A DNA stretch of 64,000 nucleotides from an uncultured Dehalococcoidia bacterium (GCA_950072105.1 CATMOE010000008.1:12237-76236); one strand, 5' to 3'. Positions 17,585 to 27,305 are shown, numbered from the stretch's first letter. Translations and numbers: made by a program. Notes: generated by a model from the letters alone, not told the origin.

Positions 17585-18508
17585 CTAGCCCTCCACCCGG
17601 TCCCATACTTGGCGTATCCGGTCAGCGGCCACCGCCACGATCCGGTCGTCAACGCCCAGAGGCGGCGTTACCGACAGAGATACGGTTGGGTGACTTTGAG
17701 CTATCCGGTCCATGCCCCCCAGAATGTTTCTCTTGAGGATTAGCCCGGGGAAAAACAGATAGGGAACGACCACGATACGCGCGACTCCCCGCTCCTCCAC
17801 CAATCTCGTAGCGGCATCGTCCACCGTTGGGTCACCGTAGTGGGACTGGGCCACCGCAACAGCATAGCCCAAACCAAGACGATTCTCTACCATGCGCCCC
17901 AAGTCCTGGAACCAGAGGCAATCGTCGTACTGGTTCTTGGTGCCTGCCTTGACCACAAGCACCCCGGTAGGACCTCCTTCCTTATTCGTAGGAGATTCTG
18001 TTTCGTTGGACAGGCCCAGACTTTGTACACGCTCCACTATGATCTCCGCCATGCGGGGATCAGGGCCCAACGATTCAGCCAGGTATAATCCCAACGAAGG
18101 CAGTTTCGCGCGTAACTCGTCCAGGATCTCGTCCATCTCCAAGGTGACATGCTTTCCCTGACCCAGCAGGTACGGGATGACCACCACCCGTTCCAGTCCC
18201 TGGTCCGCCATATTGTGGATGGACTGGTCTGGATGCGGTTCGATGAACTCCAAGCAAGAAAGCTCCACCTCGGCCCGTTGGCCGCCCAATGAGGATTGGA
18301 GGCGGTCTGCCGCATCCCTTAATCCCAATGGGGTGCTTGGACAATCCAGGCACCATGGGGGCCGTTCGTGTCCGGTCCCTCGCCAGGAACAGGAACACTC
18401 ATCGGGGCTGGCGCCGCGCTGGCTGCCGTGGGCCACGAAAACAACACCCCACCGGCCGCCGCCGTTTTCGTCATTGCTACTGTCAGACATCTCCGGTCGT
18501 CCGGTCAT
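17585..18508 (-). CDS. cbiX: sirohydrochlorin cobaltochelatase, two-domain (long) CbiX type
   Basis: VVFVAHGS..., VVVIPYLLGQGKH and VVVPYLFFPG in two tandem CbiX halves. The start overlaps the cbiC stop (ATGA). Confidence 0.75.
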   Translation of the reverse strand: MTGRPEMSDSSNDENGGGRWGVVFVAHGSQRGASPDECSCSWRGTGHERPPWCLDCPSTPLGLRDAADRLQSSLGGQRAEVELSCLEFIEPHPDQSIHNMADQGLERVVVIPYLLGQGKHVTLEMDEILDELRAKLPSLGLYLAESLGPDPRMAEIIVERVQSLGLSNETESPTNKEGGPTGVLVVKAGTKNQYDDCLWFQDLGRMVENRLGLGYAVAVAQSHYGDPTVDDAATRLVEERGVARIVVVPYLFFPGLILKRNILGGMDRIAQSHPTVSLSVTPPLGVDDRIVAVAADRIRQVWDRVEG

Positions 18509-19155
18509 GATGACGCCTTTTGGTCTATCAGCGACAGCAGGGCGTTGACGGTGGCCGCGGCGGCCGAGCTGCCGCCACGCCTTCCGTGCACGGTGATATA
18601 GGGGATGGGACCGGCGGCCAGTTCTTCCTTAGACTCGGCGCAGGCCACGAATCCCACGGGCATACCGATGATTAATTTTGGCAAGGCTTTCCCTTCTTGA
18701 ATCAAGTCCAGCAATGCTAACAAGGCGGTGGGGGCATTGCCAACGGCCACGACTGATCCGTTCAGATAGGGAGCTAATTCCCGAATGGCCGCAACCGAAC
18801 GGGTGGTTCCCTCGCTTTGGGCGCGGGCCGCGACTTCCGGGGTGTCTATGCGGCATTGGGTGGCGACTTGATGGCTTTTGAGCAAGGCTTTGGATATTCC
18901 CATCTCCACCATCCGCACATCGGTAACGACCACGGCCCCGTCCCGAAGAGCGCCGATACCCAGGTCCACCGCTCCTGGGCTGAAGGACACGTCCAATGCT
19001 ATCTGAGGGTCCCCTTCGGCCCGGACGATTCGGCTAACGACGTAGCGCTCGTTGCCGCTTAACGAGAGAGAGCCGGGCAGGGAAGCCTCCACCATTTTCA
19101 GGCTTTCCCGGTCGATCTCGTCCGGCAGCAAAGCGTATTTTTCAACCAGTGACAT
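18505..19155 (-). CDS. cbiC: cobalt-precorrin-8 methylmutase
   Basis: VVAVGNAPTALLALLDLI...IIGMPVGFV is the CbiC/CobH signature. Confidence 0.85.
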   Translation of the reverse strand: MSLVEKYALLPDEIDRESLKMVEASLPGSLSLSGNERYVVSRIVRAEGDPQIALDVSFSPGAVDLGIGALRDGAVVVTDVRMVEMGISKALLKSHQVATQCRIDTPEVAARAQSEGTTRSVAAIRELAPYLNGSVVAVGNAPTALLALLDLIQEGKALPKLIIGMPVGFVACAESKEELAAGPIPYITVHGRRGGSSAAAATVNALLSLIDQKASS

Positions 19156-19219
19156 ATCAGTTACTCAGACTCCGGCCGGGGTTTGAATACTAGGAGCCTC
19201 CGGCGATGCCAGGAAGGCA

Positions 19220-20530
19220 TCAACACTCCTCGGCCCCCAATTTAAAAATCTCCCGGGCCATGCGGAGGTCGCTGGGGCTTCGATGCTCCTTGAGGTAAAC
19301 GGTGGGACCATGGAGAATCTTCTTGACGATAGCCTGGGTCATCGCCTCCAGGGTTGCGGTGTCATCCGGGGATAGATCTGGGTTCATCTTCCGCAGGGTT
19401 TTTTTGAGTTCCTGCGCTCTGATGGTTTCAGCTTTGTCCCGTAGCGCGATCACCGTGGGAAGGGCTTGTTGGGCAAGGCGCCACTGAAGGAAACCTTCGG
19501 TCTCCTTGATGATCAACTCCTCCGCCTGCTCGGCTTCGTTGGCGGCGGCGATCCGGCGGGCTTCAGATACCCTGTCCAGGTCGTCCACGTCGTGAAGAAA
19601 AACGTTATCGACCAAGCCCGCTGCCGGGTCTATGTCTCTGGGTACAGCGATGTCTATCAGAAACATGGGCCGGTCAGGCCGGGAGGCCATGGCGTTACTG
19701 ACCAGATCCGCGCCCAAGATGTATTCCGGCGAACCGGTACAGGCGACCACAAGATCGCTTTCCCGGAGGGCATCGGGCATTTCTGGAAGTGGCACGGCAT
19801 GCCCGGACAGGGTCTTGGCCAGTTCCACCGCCCGATGATGGGTACGGTTAACCACGGTGATGTCCGACACGCCGGAAGAGCGCAATCCCATCGCTGCCAG
19901 GCCTCCGGCTTCTCCCGTGCCCAACACCATGGCGCTCAATCCGGTCAGATCTCCTAAGTCGCCCACGGCCAATTCCACGCAGGCCTGGCTGACGGACATG
20001 GCATGCCGGCCGATGCCGGACTCCCGGCGTACCTTGCGTCCCACCCGTAGGGCTTGTTGGAAGAGTTGATACAACGGCCCGGTCACGGTTTCGCCGCGTA
20101 CGGCCGTGTCAAAAGCTTCCCGCACCTGCCCGATTATCTGGTCTTCGCCCAACATCATCGAATCCAGGCTGGAGGCCACTCGAAAAAGGTGGCTGACGCA
20201 CTCCCGTCCGCGATGAAGATAGAGGTATCTTTCGACGTCCACCAGCCGGATGTGGAAACAATCGACCAAAAACTCTTTTATATTTTTCTCGCCTTCGCCC
20301 CATCCGGCAGACGAGTCCGACCCTTCTTGGGGATCCAAGGCGTAAAATTCGGAGCGGTTGCAGGTGGACAGGATGACGCCGGGCATTCCGTAAGCCGCCA
20401 TGGTTGTCAAAGCGGAAGGAAGTTGCTCCGAATTCAGCGTTATCTTTTCCCGCACCTCCAGCGGCGCGGTACGGTGGTTCAATCCTACGACCAGGAATTC
20501 CAAATAATACTCCCTAGCTTGCCTCAACAA
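19220..20530 (-). CDS. hemA: glutamyl-tRNA reductase
   Basis: LVVGLNHRTAPLEVREK..., STCNRSEFY, and NAD-binding VLGTGEAG. The TTG start is uncertain by a few codons. Confidence 0.9.
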   Translation of the reverse strand: MLRQAREYYLEFLVVGLNHRTAPLEVREKITLNSEQLPSALTTMAAYGMPGVILSTCNRSEFYALDPQEGSDSSAGWGEGEKNIKEFLVDCFHIRLVDVERYLYLHRGRECVSHLFRVASSLDSMMLGEDQIIGQVREAFDTAVRGETVTGPLYQLFQQALRVGRKVRRESGIGRHAMSVSQACVELAVGDLGDLTGLSAMVLGTGEAGGLAAMGLRSSGVSDITVVNRTHHRAVELAKTLSGHAVPLPEMPDALRESDLVVACTGSPEYILGADLVSNAMASRPDRPMFLIDIAVPRDIDPAAGLVDNVFLHDVDDLDRVSEARRIAAANEAEQAEELIIKETEGFLQWRLAQQALPTVIALRDKAETIRAQELKKTLRKMNPDLSPDDTATLEAMTQAIVKKILHGPTVYLKEHRSPSDLRMAREIFKLGAEEC

Positions 20531-20655
20531 GAGTCCCTAGATGTGCCATTGTTCAGAGTTAAGGGCCGTTTGGAGTGTATTCTCGCGGCTATGCACTGTC
20601 AACGCTGGACGCCTGGCGGTGGGGTCGCCGAAACCGAATTACATAGGCATGTGGT

Positions 20656-22050
20656 CTAGTCATCCGCCGGTGTTGAGGACAGACTTGGTGTCGGCACTAC
20701 CTCGGCTTCGGCGGATTCCGGCGGTTGCAGTTGGGTCCCCAGATTTCGCACTTTGCTGTTGAGCAGACCCGGACCAATGGCGAAGGCTGCCACGAACAGC
20801 CCTCCGATCGCGATGGCGAAGGGCACCGTGATAAAGCTGAAGCCGGCCAGGGCGCTGGCCTGCATTCCTCCCAGGGGCATTATGCTCCAGGTCATTCCGT
20901 AGAACCCCATCACCCTCCCGCGCATCCGGTCTGGCACCAGCATCTGAAGAGAACTTTGGATGGAGATCATATAGCCGGAGTTGCAGGCGCCCATGACGAA
21001 CAATATGGCCATCACCACGTAGAGAGACCCGATAAACTGGGCGGCCATGGCGAAGGTGGCCACCAGCAATCCGAAAGCCACGGCGCCGCCGATGATAAAT
21101 GGGCCCTTGTTCACCACATTGCCGCGGGCCCCGAACCAAATGGTGGTGAGCAGCGCGCCGATTCCACCGACGCCCAACATCAGCCCTTGTCCCCGGGCGC
21201 CCACGTCCAGGATATCCACCGCGAAGACAGGCATGAGCATGATATAGGCCATGCCGAAGAAGCTGTTGAAGAAGGTCATGCTGATGAGGAAAGAGAATAT
21301 GGAATTGCGCTTTATGAAGCGGAGACCCTCCAGCATGTCCTGGGCGGCGTTGCCCCGGGAACCCCGGGGAATCGGCGGTACCTGGAGGAAGAACATGACT
21401 ACCGACATCGTCAAGAACCCGGCCCCGGCTATAAAGAAGGCGGCTTCGGTGTTGATGAAGTCGATGATGAATCCGGCTATGGCTGGGGCGATGATCCGGG
21501 TGCTCTGCCAGATGACGGAGTTCATGGCCACCGCGCTCATCATGACCTTGCGATCTATCAGGTGAGGGTAGATGGCCTGACGAGCCGGAGTATCGAAAGC
21601 CTCCACGGCGCCGGCCAGAAAAGCGATCGCCAGAATGTGCCACGGCTGCACGACATCTAATAGGGTGAGTATCGCCAGTAGAAAAATCAGGCCGGCAGTG
21701 GTGGCCTGAGTGCATACGATCAGCAGGCGCTTGTCCAGTTTGTCGGCGAATACGCCGCCAAAGAGGTTGAAGAACATACCGGGGAGGGCGTTGGCGACGC
21801 CCGCATACCCCAAGAACCAAGGCGAGTCGGTGATGAGGTAGATCAGCCAGAGTTGGCCGACACGGAACATCTGGTAACCGCTAACCGCCGCCAACATCCC
21901 GAGCCAGTAGGCCCGGTATTTGGGGTATTGCAGCGCCGGAGGTAAGAAGGATTTCGCAAACCCCCGTCTCCGGCGGCGGAATGCGGGTCCCATGGCGACG
22001 GCCATGAAGACGACGCCAAAGGCCAGAATCACCAGGCCGATGAAGGTCAT
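20656..22050 (-). CDS. MFS transporter
   Basis: About 12 hydrophobic segments with MFS-like loops. The long shadow ORFs on both strands are rejected below. Confidence 0.8.
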   Translation of the reverse strand: MTFIGLVILAFGVVFMAVAMGPAFRRRRRGFAKSFLPPALQYPKYRAYWLGMLAAVSGYQMFRVGQLWLIYLITDSPWFLGYAGVANALPGMFFNLFGGVFADKLDKRLLIVCTQATTAGLIFLLAILTLLDVVQPWHILAIAFLAGAVEAFDTPARQAIYPHLIDRKVMMSAVAMNSVIWQSTRIIAPAIAGFIIDFINTEAAFFIAGAGFLTMSVVMFFLQVPPIPRGSRGNAAQDMLEGLRFIKRNSIFSFLISMTFFNSFFGMAYIMLMPVFAVDILDVGARGQGLMLGVGGIGALLTTIWFGARGNVVNKGPFIIGGAVAFGLLVATFAMAAQFIGSLYVVMAILFVMGACNSGYMISIQSSLQMLVPDRMRGRVMGFYGMTWSIMPLGGMQASALAGFSFITVPFAIAIGGLFVAAFAIGPGLLNSKVRNLGTQLQPPESAEAEVVPTPSLSSTPADD

Positions 22051-22212
22051 GATGCGGGTGCGGAAGTTAACAGACCCGGTAGGATCATCCCGCGCCGATA
22101 GACCACTGGAGAGGGGACTATTTGTAGATCGGAGAGATGTCCCGGATCAGCGTTAACGCCGTGATCAGATAAATACGTGCTTTTCCTCGATTGGCCAGGC
22201 CGTGGGTGAGTT

Positions 22213-22473
22213 TTAAACCTTGGCGGCCGGCTTATCCCGCTGGACCAGCATACCTTCCAGGATTCGCTCAAGAGCCATGGTATGGCTGCACACGCCCCTG
22301 GTGTCGAAATAGTGGCACTGACAGTCCCATCCGGCTTCGTCGTAGGTGATCTGATAAGTATTGTGGTTACCATCGAAGCTCGCCTGCAGAGTGGTGATCG
22401 TCACCCGCTCCTTCTGCTCGGCGTAGGTCCTGGACTTCTCGATCTTGCTCACTATGCTGGAGTCCATTGTCAC
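22213..22473 (-). CDS. SWIM zinc-finger domain protein (86 aa)
   Basis: WDCQCHYFDTRGVCSHTMA matches the CxCxnCxH SWIM signature. Confidence 0.6.
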   Translation of the reverse strand: MTMDSSIVSKIEKSRTYAEQKERVTITTLQASFDGNHNTYQITYDEAGWDCQCHYFDTRGVCSHTMALERILEGMLVQRDKPAAKV

Positions 22474-22623
22474 CTCCGAACCATTTATGATTATGGGCCG
22501 TGAGATGGGCCGCCGCCCTTAAACCCCGATTGTACTATCCACCCTTATTGTAGTCGTTATGACCGGATAAATTCAAATTTTGATTCAGGCGTTGCGAGCG
22601 CGGAAAATATTCAGAGCGTTCGA

Positions 22624-22652
22624 TTGACGCTATTTGGCCCTTGGCATACAAT
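22624..22652 (+). promoter_or_regulatory. candidate alaS promoter TTGACG-17 nt-TACAAT
   Basis: TTGACG at 22624-22629, TACAAT at 22647-22652, about 50 nt upstream of the alaS ATG. Confidence 0.4.
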
Positions 22653-22702
22653 TTCAACCACTTCAACGCGTCCCGTAATCTCAGTAAAGCGAGTCTAGAA
22701 AC

Positions 22703-25672
22703 ATGACCGGCGACGAGATCAGGAACCTATTTACCCGCTTCTTTCAAGACCGAGGCCACTTGGCCATGCCCAGCGCCTCGCTGATCCCCTCTGGAGACCC
22801 AACCTTGCTGTTTACCAGCGCCGGTATGGTCCCCTTCAAGCCCTATTTTACCGGGGAGCAGACGCCGCCCAGCATCAGGATGACTAGCAGCCAGAAGAGC
22901 TTCCGTACCACCGACATCGACGAGGTGGGCGACCACAAACACCTGACCTTTTTCGAGATGCTGGGCAACTTCAGCATCGGCGACTACTTCAAAGAGGGCG
23001 CAATTGGCTTCGCTTGGGAGTTGGTAACCAAGGAGTTTGGCCTGGACCCGGAGCGGATCTTCGTTACTATCCATCTGGATGACGACGACGCCTACCAGAT
23101 CTGGCGGGATCAGGTGGGAGTCCCAGAGGAGCGCATCTACCGGTACGGCGACAGCGACAACTGGTGGGGACCCGCGGGCAACGAGGGCGCCACCGGTCCT
23201 TGTTCTGAGATCCATTATGACGGCGGACGTGACAAGGGTTGCCAGGATATGGTCACACCGGATGTCTTGACGGCCATTCTGCGGGAAGACCGGGATGCCG
23301 GCGCCAAGGCGGGTTTTCCGGATGTCCCCGGCTGCCACCCCAACTGCAACTGCGAGCGTTTCGTGGAGCTATGGAACCTGGTGTTCATGCAGTATTACCA
23401 GGACACCCAGGGCGTCCGCGAACCCCTGCCCGCTCCCAGCGTCGACACCGGAATGGGTCTGGAACGGGCGGCGGTCATTCTCCAGGGCAAGTCCAACATC
23501 TACGAGACAGATCTCTTCGTGCCAATCATCGAGAAGGCCTGTCAGCTAACCGGCAAGACTTACGGGCAGGACCAGCAAACCGACTACGCCCTGCGGGTTG
23601 TGGCTGAACATGCCAGGTCCGCCGCATTTCTGATCGGCGACGGTGTCTCTCCCGGAAATGAGGGGCGAGGCTACGTCCTGCGCCGGATCATCCGCCGGGC
23701 CATCCGCCACGGACGTCAGTTGGGCGTGGCCGAGCTTTTCCTAGCCGAAGTCACCGAAGTAGTGCTAGGCCACTTCAGCCACGTTTATCATGAACTGGAA
23801 GAGAACCATGACTTCATTTTGCGGGTGATCCGCTCGGAGGAGGAGCGATTCGGGCGTACCTTCGAGCAGGGCAACGGTATCCTCCGCGGCTTATTCAAGC
23901 TTAGGGAGGCCGCGATCCCTATTCTGATTCAAGCCAAGAGCGATGCGGCCCAAGCAAGTGCTTTGATTACCACATTGACAGCGGCATCGTCGATCTCCGG
24001 CGATGCGGACGAATCCATTGGAGTAGACCTGGCGGTCAACTCTCTCGCTCAACGTCTGGCCGGCACCGATCGTGGCCAGATAAATGAATCCTTGGATGAG
24101 TGGTCCGGCCGGATCAGCGGCATTGAAACGTTCATCTTGTATGCCACCCACGGCTTTCCTCCGGAACTCACCGCTGAGATCGCCCGGGAGCAAGGGCTGG
24201 AAGTGGACATGGACGGCTTCCAGCGCGAAATGGAAGTCCACGAAGAGCAGTCCAAGTCCGACCGGGCCTTCACCGGCAGTATGGAAATGCTGTCGGCCTA
24301 TGAAGACTTGGGCTTGGGGGCAACGCCCTTCGTCGGATACGACGGATTGAGCCAAGAATCAACTTTGGCCGCCATTTTGGTGGGTCCTTCGACAGGCTCA
24401 GGACGAACGGAGGCGGAAGGTTCAGGACGAACGGAACCAGAGGAGCCAGGACAGATGGAACCGTCGAGCCATGCCACCCAAGGCCAGCGGGTCGAGGTGG
24501 TCCTTGCGGAGACGCCGTTCTACGCCGAGGGCGGCGGCCAGCTCGGCGACCAGGGAACGATCACCGGTCCAAACGGGGTAGTACGGGTTGAGGACACTCA
24601 GAGCCCGGTTGCCGGTCTCATCGTCCACCGGGGCGTAGTGGAGCAGGGAGACATTTCCCTGGGGGACCAGGTAACCGCCCAAGTTGACATAATCCGCCGA
24701 TTGGACGCATCCCGAAACCACAGCGGCACCCATCTGCTGCATGCTAGCCTGCGGTCGGTGCTGGGCGCCCACGTGCACCAGGCCGGTTCCCTGGTTGATC
24801 CAGACCGCCTCCGCTTCGACTTCAGCCACGTCACCGCCCTGTCTCCCCAGGAGATATTGTCGGTGCAGGCCTTGTCCAACGAAAAGGTGCGGGAAAATCT
24901 GCTGGTATCAACCCAAGAGACCACTTACGCCGAGGCGGTGCGCCAGGGAGCCCTGGCCTTTTTTGGCGACAAGTATGGCGACGTGGTCCGCATGGTCAGC
25001 ATGTCCAACGGCGAGGCTTTCAGCGTTGAATTATGTGGTGGTACCCACGTTTCTGCCACCGGCCAGGTGGGTACCCTGTTCGTGCTGGGCGAGTCCTCTA
25101 TAGGAGGCGGGATGCGCCGCATAGAGGCGGTCACCGGGCGGGCTGCCGAGGAGTTGTTTATCCAGCAGGCTGCGAAGCTGGAGGCGCTCTCCCAGAGATT
25201 GCAGACTCCCGTGGCCGACTTGGAAGAGCGGCTGGATAGTTTCATAAGCGATACCGAAGACCTGAGACGCCGGTTGGCGGCTCTGGAAAGGTCGACCCTG
25301 CGGTCCGAGGCCGAGGAGATACTCGGCCGGGTGGTGGATGTTGACGGGGTAAAAGTCGTGGCGGCCCGGACATCGGCGCCCGGTCCCGAAGCCATGCGTG
25401 AGATGGGAGACTTTTTGAAAGCCAAGCTATCCAGCGTCGTGGTAATGTTGGGATCGGTGGTGGACGGTAGCCCCATTTTGATCGCCATGGTTACCCCGGA
25501 TCTGGTGGACAAGGGTTTGCACGCCGGGAACTTGGCTCGGGACACCGCCAAGGTTGTGGGCGGAGGAGGCGGGGGCCGTCCGGACATGGCTCAGGCTGGC
25601 GGACGAGACGCGGGCAAGCTGGATGAGGCTCTGTCTGGGGTCCCTGAGTTGGTGAGGCAGAGCCTGTCCTGA
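22703..25672 (+). CDS. alaS: alanine--tRNA ligase (989 aa, longer than usual)
   Basis: The N-terminus IRNLFTRFFQDRGHLAMPSASLIP..DPTLLFTSAGMVPFKPYF, the editing-domain HSGTHLLHASL and CGGTHV motifs, and a C-terminal DHHA1-like GGGGGRPDMAQAGG. Confidence 0.95.
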   Translation: MTGDEIRNLFTRFFQDRGHLAMPSASLIPSGDPTLLFTSAGMVPFKPYFTGEQTPPSIRMTSSQKSFRTTDIDEVGDHKHLTFFEMLGNFSIGDYFKEGAIGFAWELVTKEFGLDPERIFVTIHLDDDDAYQIWRDQVGVPEERIYRYGDSDNWWGPAGNEGATGPCSEIHYDGGRDKGCQDMVTPDVLTAILREDRDAGAKAGFPDVPGCHPNCNCERFVELWNLVFMQYYQDTQGVREPLPAPSVDTGMGLERAAVILQGKSNIYETDLFVPIIEKACQLTGKTYGQDQQTDYALRVVAEHARSAAFLIGDGVSPGNEGRGYVLRRIIRRAIRHGRQLGVAELFLAEVTEVVLGHFSHVYHELEENHDFILRVIRSEEERFGRTFEQGNGILRGLFKLREAAIPILIQAKSDAAQASALITTLTAASSISGDADESIGVDLAVNSLAQRLAGTDRGQINESLDEWSGRISGIETFILYATHGFPPELTAEIAREQGLEVDMDGFQREMEVHEEQSKSDRAFTGSMEMLSAYEDLGLGATPFVGYDGLSQESTLAAILVGPSTGSGRTEAEGSGRTEPEEPGQMEPSSHATQGQRVEVVLAETPFYAEGGGQLGDQGTITGPNGVVRVEDTQSPVAGLIVHRGVVEQGDISLGDQVTAQVDIIRRLDASRNHSGTHLLHASLRSVLGAHVHQAGSLVDPDRLRFDFSHVTALSPQEILSVQALSNEKVRENLLVSTQETTYAEAVRQGALAFFGDKYGDVVRMVSMSNGEAFSVELCGGTHVSATGQVGTLFVLGESSIGGGMRRIEAVTGRAAEELFIQQAAKLEALSQRLQTPVADLEERLDSFISDTEDLRRRLAALERSTLRSEAEEILGRVVDVDGVKVVAARTSAPGPEAMREMGDFLKAKLSSVVVMLGSVVDGSPILIAMVTPDLVDKGLHAGNLARDTAKVVGGGGGGRPDMAQAGGRDAGKLDEALSGVPELVRQSLS

Positions 25673-25709
25673 GTTTGACAATGGAGCTGAGACGCTGAGA
25701 CTGCTGGCT

Positions 25710-26108
25710 TTGGACCTGGGAGAGAAACGTATCGGACTGGCGGTAAGCGACCCTGAAGGGAGGCTGACCCTGCCGGCGGGACACCTTCAGCGTACCAAGC
25801 TGGTTGAGGATGTGCGCCGGGTGTTGGAAGCGGCCGGGGAGCGAAGGGTAGAGGGATTGGTGGTGGGCATTCCTTATAGCATTAACGGCGAAACCGGCCC
25901 TCAGGCAAAACGGGCCCTGGTTTTCGTGAGGGCTCTCCGGAAACAAACCTCCCTGCCGGTGCACGAAACCGACGAGCGGTACACCTCGGTGGAAGCCGAG
26001 GCGCTGATGCGGGAGGCGGGCCACCAGCCCTCCAGGGACCGCGCCGCCGTGGACGAAGCCTCGGCAGTTTTGATTCTACAGCGGTTTTTGGACGCGCGGA
26101 CCGGCTGA
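25710..26108 (+). CDS. ruvX: Holliday-junction-resolvase-like pre-16S rRNA nuclease YqgF/RuvX
   Basis: LDLGEKRIGLAVSD... The family's first beta-strand (LRLLALD) lies upstream of the TTG, so the true start may be the CTG at about 25695. Confidence 0.8.
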   Translation: MDLGEKRIGLAVSDPEGRLTLPAGHLQRTKLVEDVRRVLEAAGERRVEGLVVGIPYSINGETGPQAKRALVFVRALRKQTSLPVHETDERYTSVEAEALMREAGHQPSRDRAAVDEASAVLILQRFLDARTG

Positions 26109-26119
26109 TGACATTGTAC

Positions 26120-26148
26120 GTAGGGGCGGGTTTAAAACCCGCCCCTAC
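26120..26148. terminator. perfect GC-rich hairpin between convergent genes
   Basis: GTAGGGGCGGG-TTTAAAA-CCCGCCCCTAC, between the ruvX stop (26108) and the C-N hydrolase stop (26181). Confidence 0.6.
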
Positions 26149-26180
26149 AGCTACCTGAGATCTTTGGTCAATCCTATTAA

Positions 26181-26957
26181 CTAGTCCAGATAGGTTCGGT
26201 CGAAGTCTTCGGACAACAGATCCATCGCGTCCATGTCCCAGTCGAAGGAAAGCACCACCGAGCGGTCGGACGTCGCGGACAGCAGGCGCTTCCCATTCTT
26301 GGCCACCACGCTCTCGGCCTCCCGGTAGTCCAACTCCTCCGGCTCTTCCCCGGTGCGGTTGCACACCATTATCGGCAAACCGGTATCCAAGGAACGCTGC
26401 TCCCACTCGCCGTCGGGTCCGCAGCGGCCCGGACCCCACGACACAGGGGATACCAACAGCTCGGCGCCGTTGTCTTTCAACGCCTGAGCAACTTCGTTCT
26501 TGTAGGCGTCGGCGCAGATCAGGATCCCTGCCTGCACCCCACCGCATTCCACGGGTACGATCTTCGTGCCGGCGGTGGACCAAGACTCGGCGCCGCCCAG
26601 GGCTTTAATCTTGCTGTGCTTGCCGACGATATGGCCTTCTTGGTTGATAACGAACACCGTGTTGTACAGCTTGTCGGTTGCGGGGTCACGTTCGGGATGG
26701 GACAGGAAGACCGAAACGTTCCGTTTCTTGACCAACTTGCAGAATTCCTCCATCCAGGGACCTGGCTGGGGGGTGATCCAGTCGGTGCCGATCTGCTTCA
26801 TGAACAGGTAACCGGGTATGCATAGCTCGGGGGTAATCACCCAGTCGGCCCCATCGTCGGCGGCCACATTAACCGCGCGCTCCACCAGCCGGCGGTTGTG
26901 TTCAATGTCGCATGTGACCGGGGCTAGGTGTAGAAATGAAACCCGCAGCTTTCGCAT
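26181..26957 (-). CDS. carbon-nitrogen hydrolase (nitrilase superfamily) protein
   Basis: Glu-Lys-Cys triad contexts VITPELCIPGY, HSKIKA and ILICADAY. Confidence 0.8.
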   Translation of the reverse strand: MRKLRVSFLHLAPVTCDIEHNRRLVERAVNVAADDGADWVITPELCIPGYLFMKQIGTDWITPQPGPWMEEFCKLVKKRNVSVFLSHPERDPATDKLYNTVFVINQEGHIVGKHSKIKALGGAESWSTAGTKIVPVECGGVQAGILICADAYKNEVAQALKDNGAELLVSPVSWGPGRCGPDGEWEQRSLDTGLPIMVCNRTGEEPEELDYREAESVVAKNGKRLLSATSDRSVVLSFDWDMDAMDLLSEDFDRTYLD

Positions 26958-27163
26958 ACTTTCCTTTTGTGTATCCGGAGGATGGAGAGTACCCGTTTGG
27001 GTGATCTCCCATCGCCGGGTTGCACCTGTATGGTTGACGGCAATTATAGCACCAGCTAGTTTTAGCCCGGAAGCCGTATTGGGTTTACTTGACGCATGGA
27101 GGCGGGGGCGGGAGAATAGAAAAGCGCATCTCCATAGATCGCCGTCTCCGGCGAACAGCGCGT

Positions 27164-27237
27164 TGCCCGGTGGTGTAGTGGTAGCACATCAGCCTTTGGA
27201 GCTGAGGGCCCTGGTTCGAGCCCAGGCCGGGTAGCCA
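27164..27237 (+). tRNA. tRNA-Gln (anticodon TTG)
   Basis: Folded by hand. The acceptor stem pairs TGCCCGG with CCGGGTA (U1-A72). The D arm is GTGT-AGTGGTA-GCAC. The anticodon arm is TCAGC-CTTTGGA-GCTGA. The T arm is CCTGG-TTCGAGC-CCAGG. The discriminator is G and CCA is encoded. Confidence 0.85.
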
Positions 27238-27305
27238 GCATTCCCCTCTATATAGGGCACAGCGCTTGTGTCTGACCCATTTTTTACTGAGTGCAGGAGA
27301 CTCCA

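Noticed and set aside
20531-20655. Possible cobalamin riboswitch upstream of hemA / the cob operon
   Set aside because: The region is only about 125 nt, and I could find no B12-box-like or GGGAA...GGTG core elements by eye. An Infernal scan is needed to be sure.
20660-21820. 386-aa minus-strand ORF and 311-aa plus-strand ORF (20725..21660) overlapping the MFS transporter gene
   Set aside because: Their Arg/Gly/His/Pro-rich, low-complexity translations are typical of off-frame ORFs in GC-rich DNA. The MFS frame gives clean TM helices.
24925-25587. 220-aa antisense ORF, plus several other ORFs of 70-200 aa, inside alaS
   Set aside because: alaS is unambiguous over this span, and the antisense translations are Ser/Arg/Pro-rich with no motifs.
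25882-26583. 233-aa minus-strand ORF spanning the ruvX 3' end and the C-N hydrolase gene
   Set aside because: It is an Arg/Gly-rich off-frame product that crosses a strong terminator hairpin. The in-frame hydrolase ORF has the catalytic triad.
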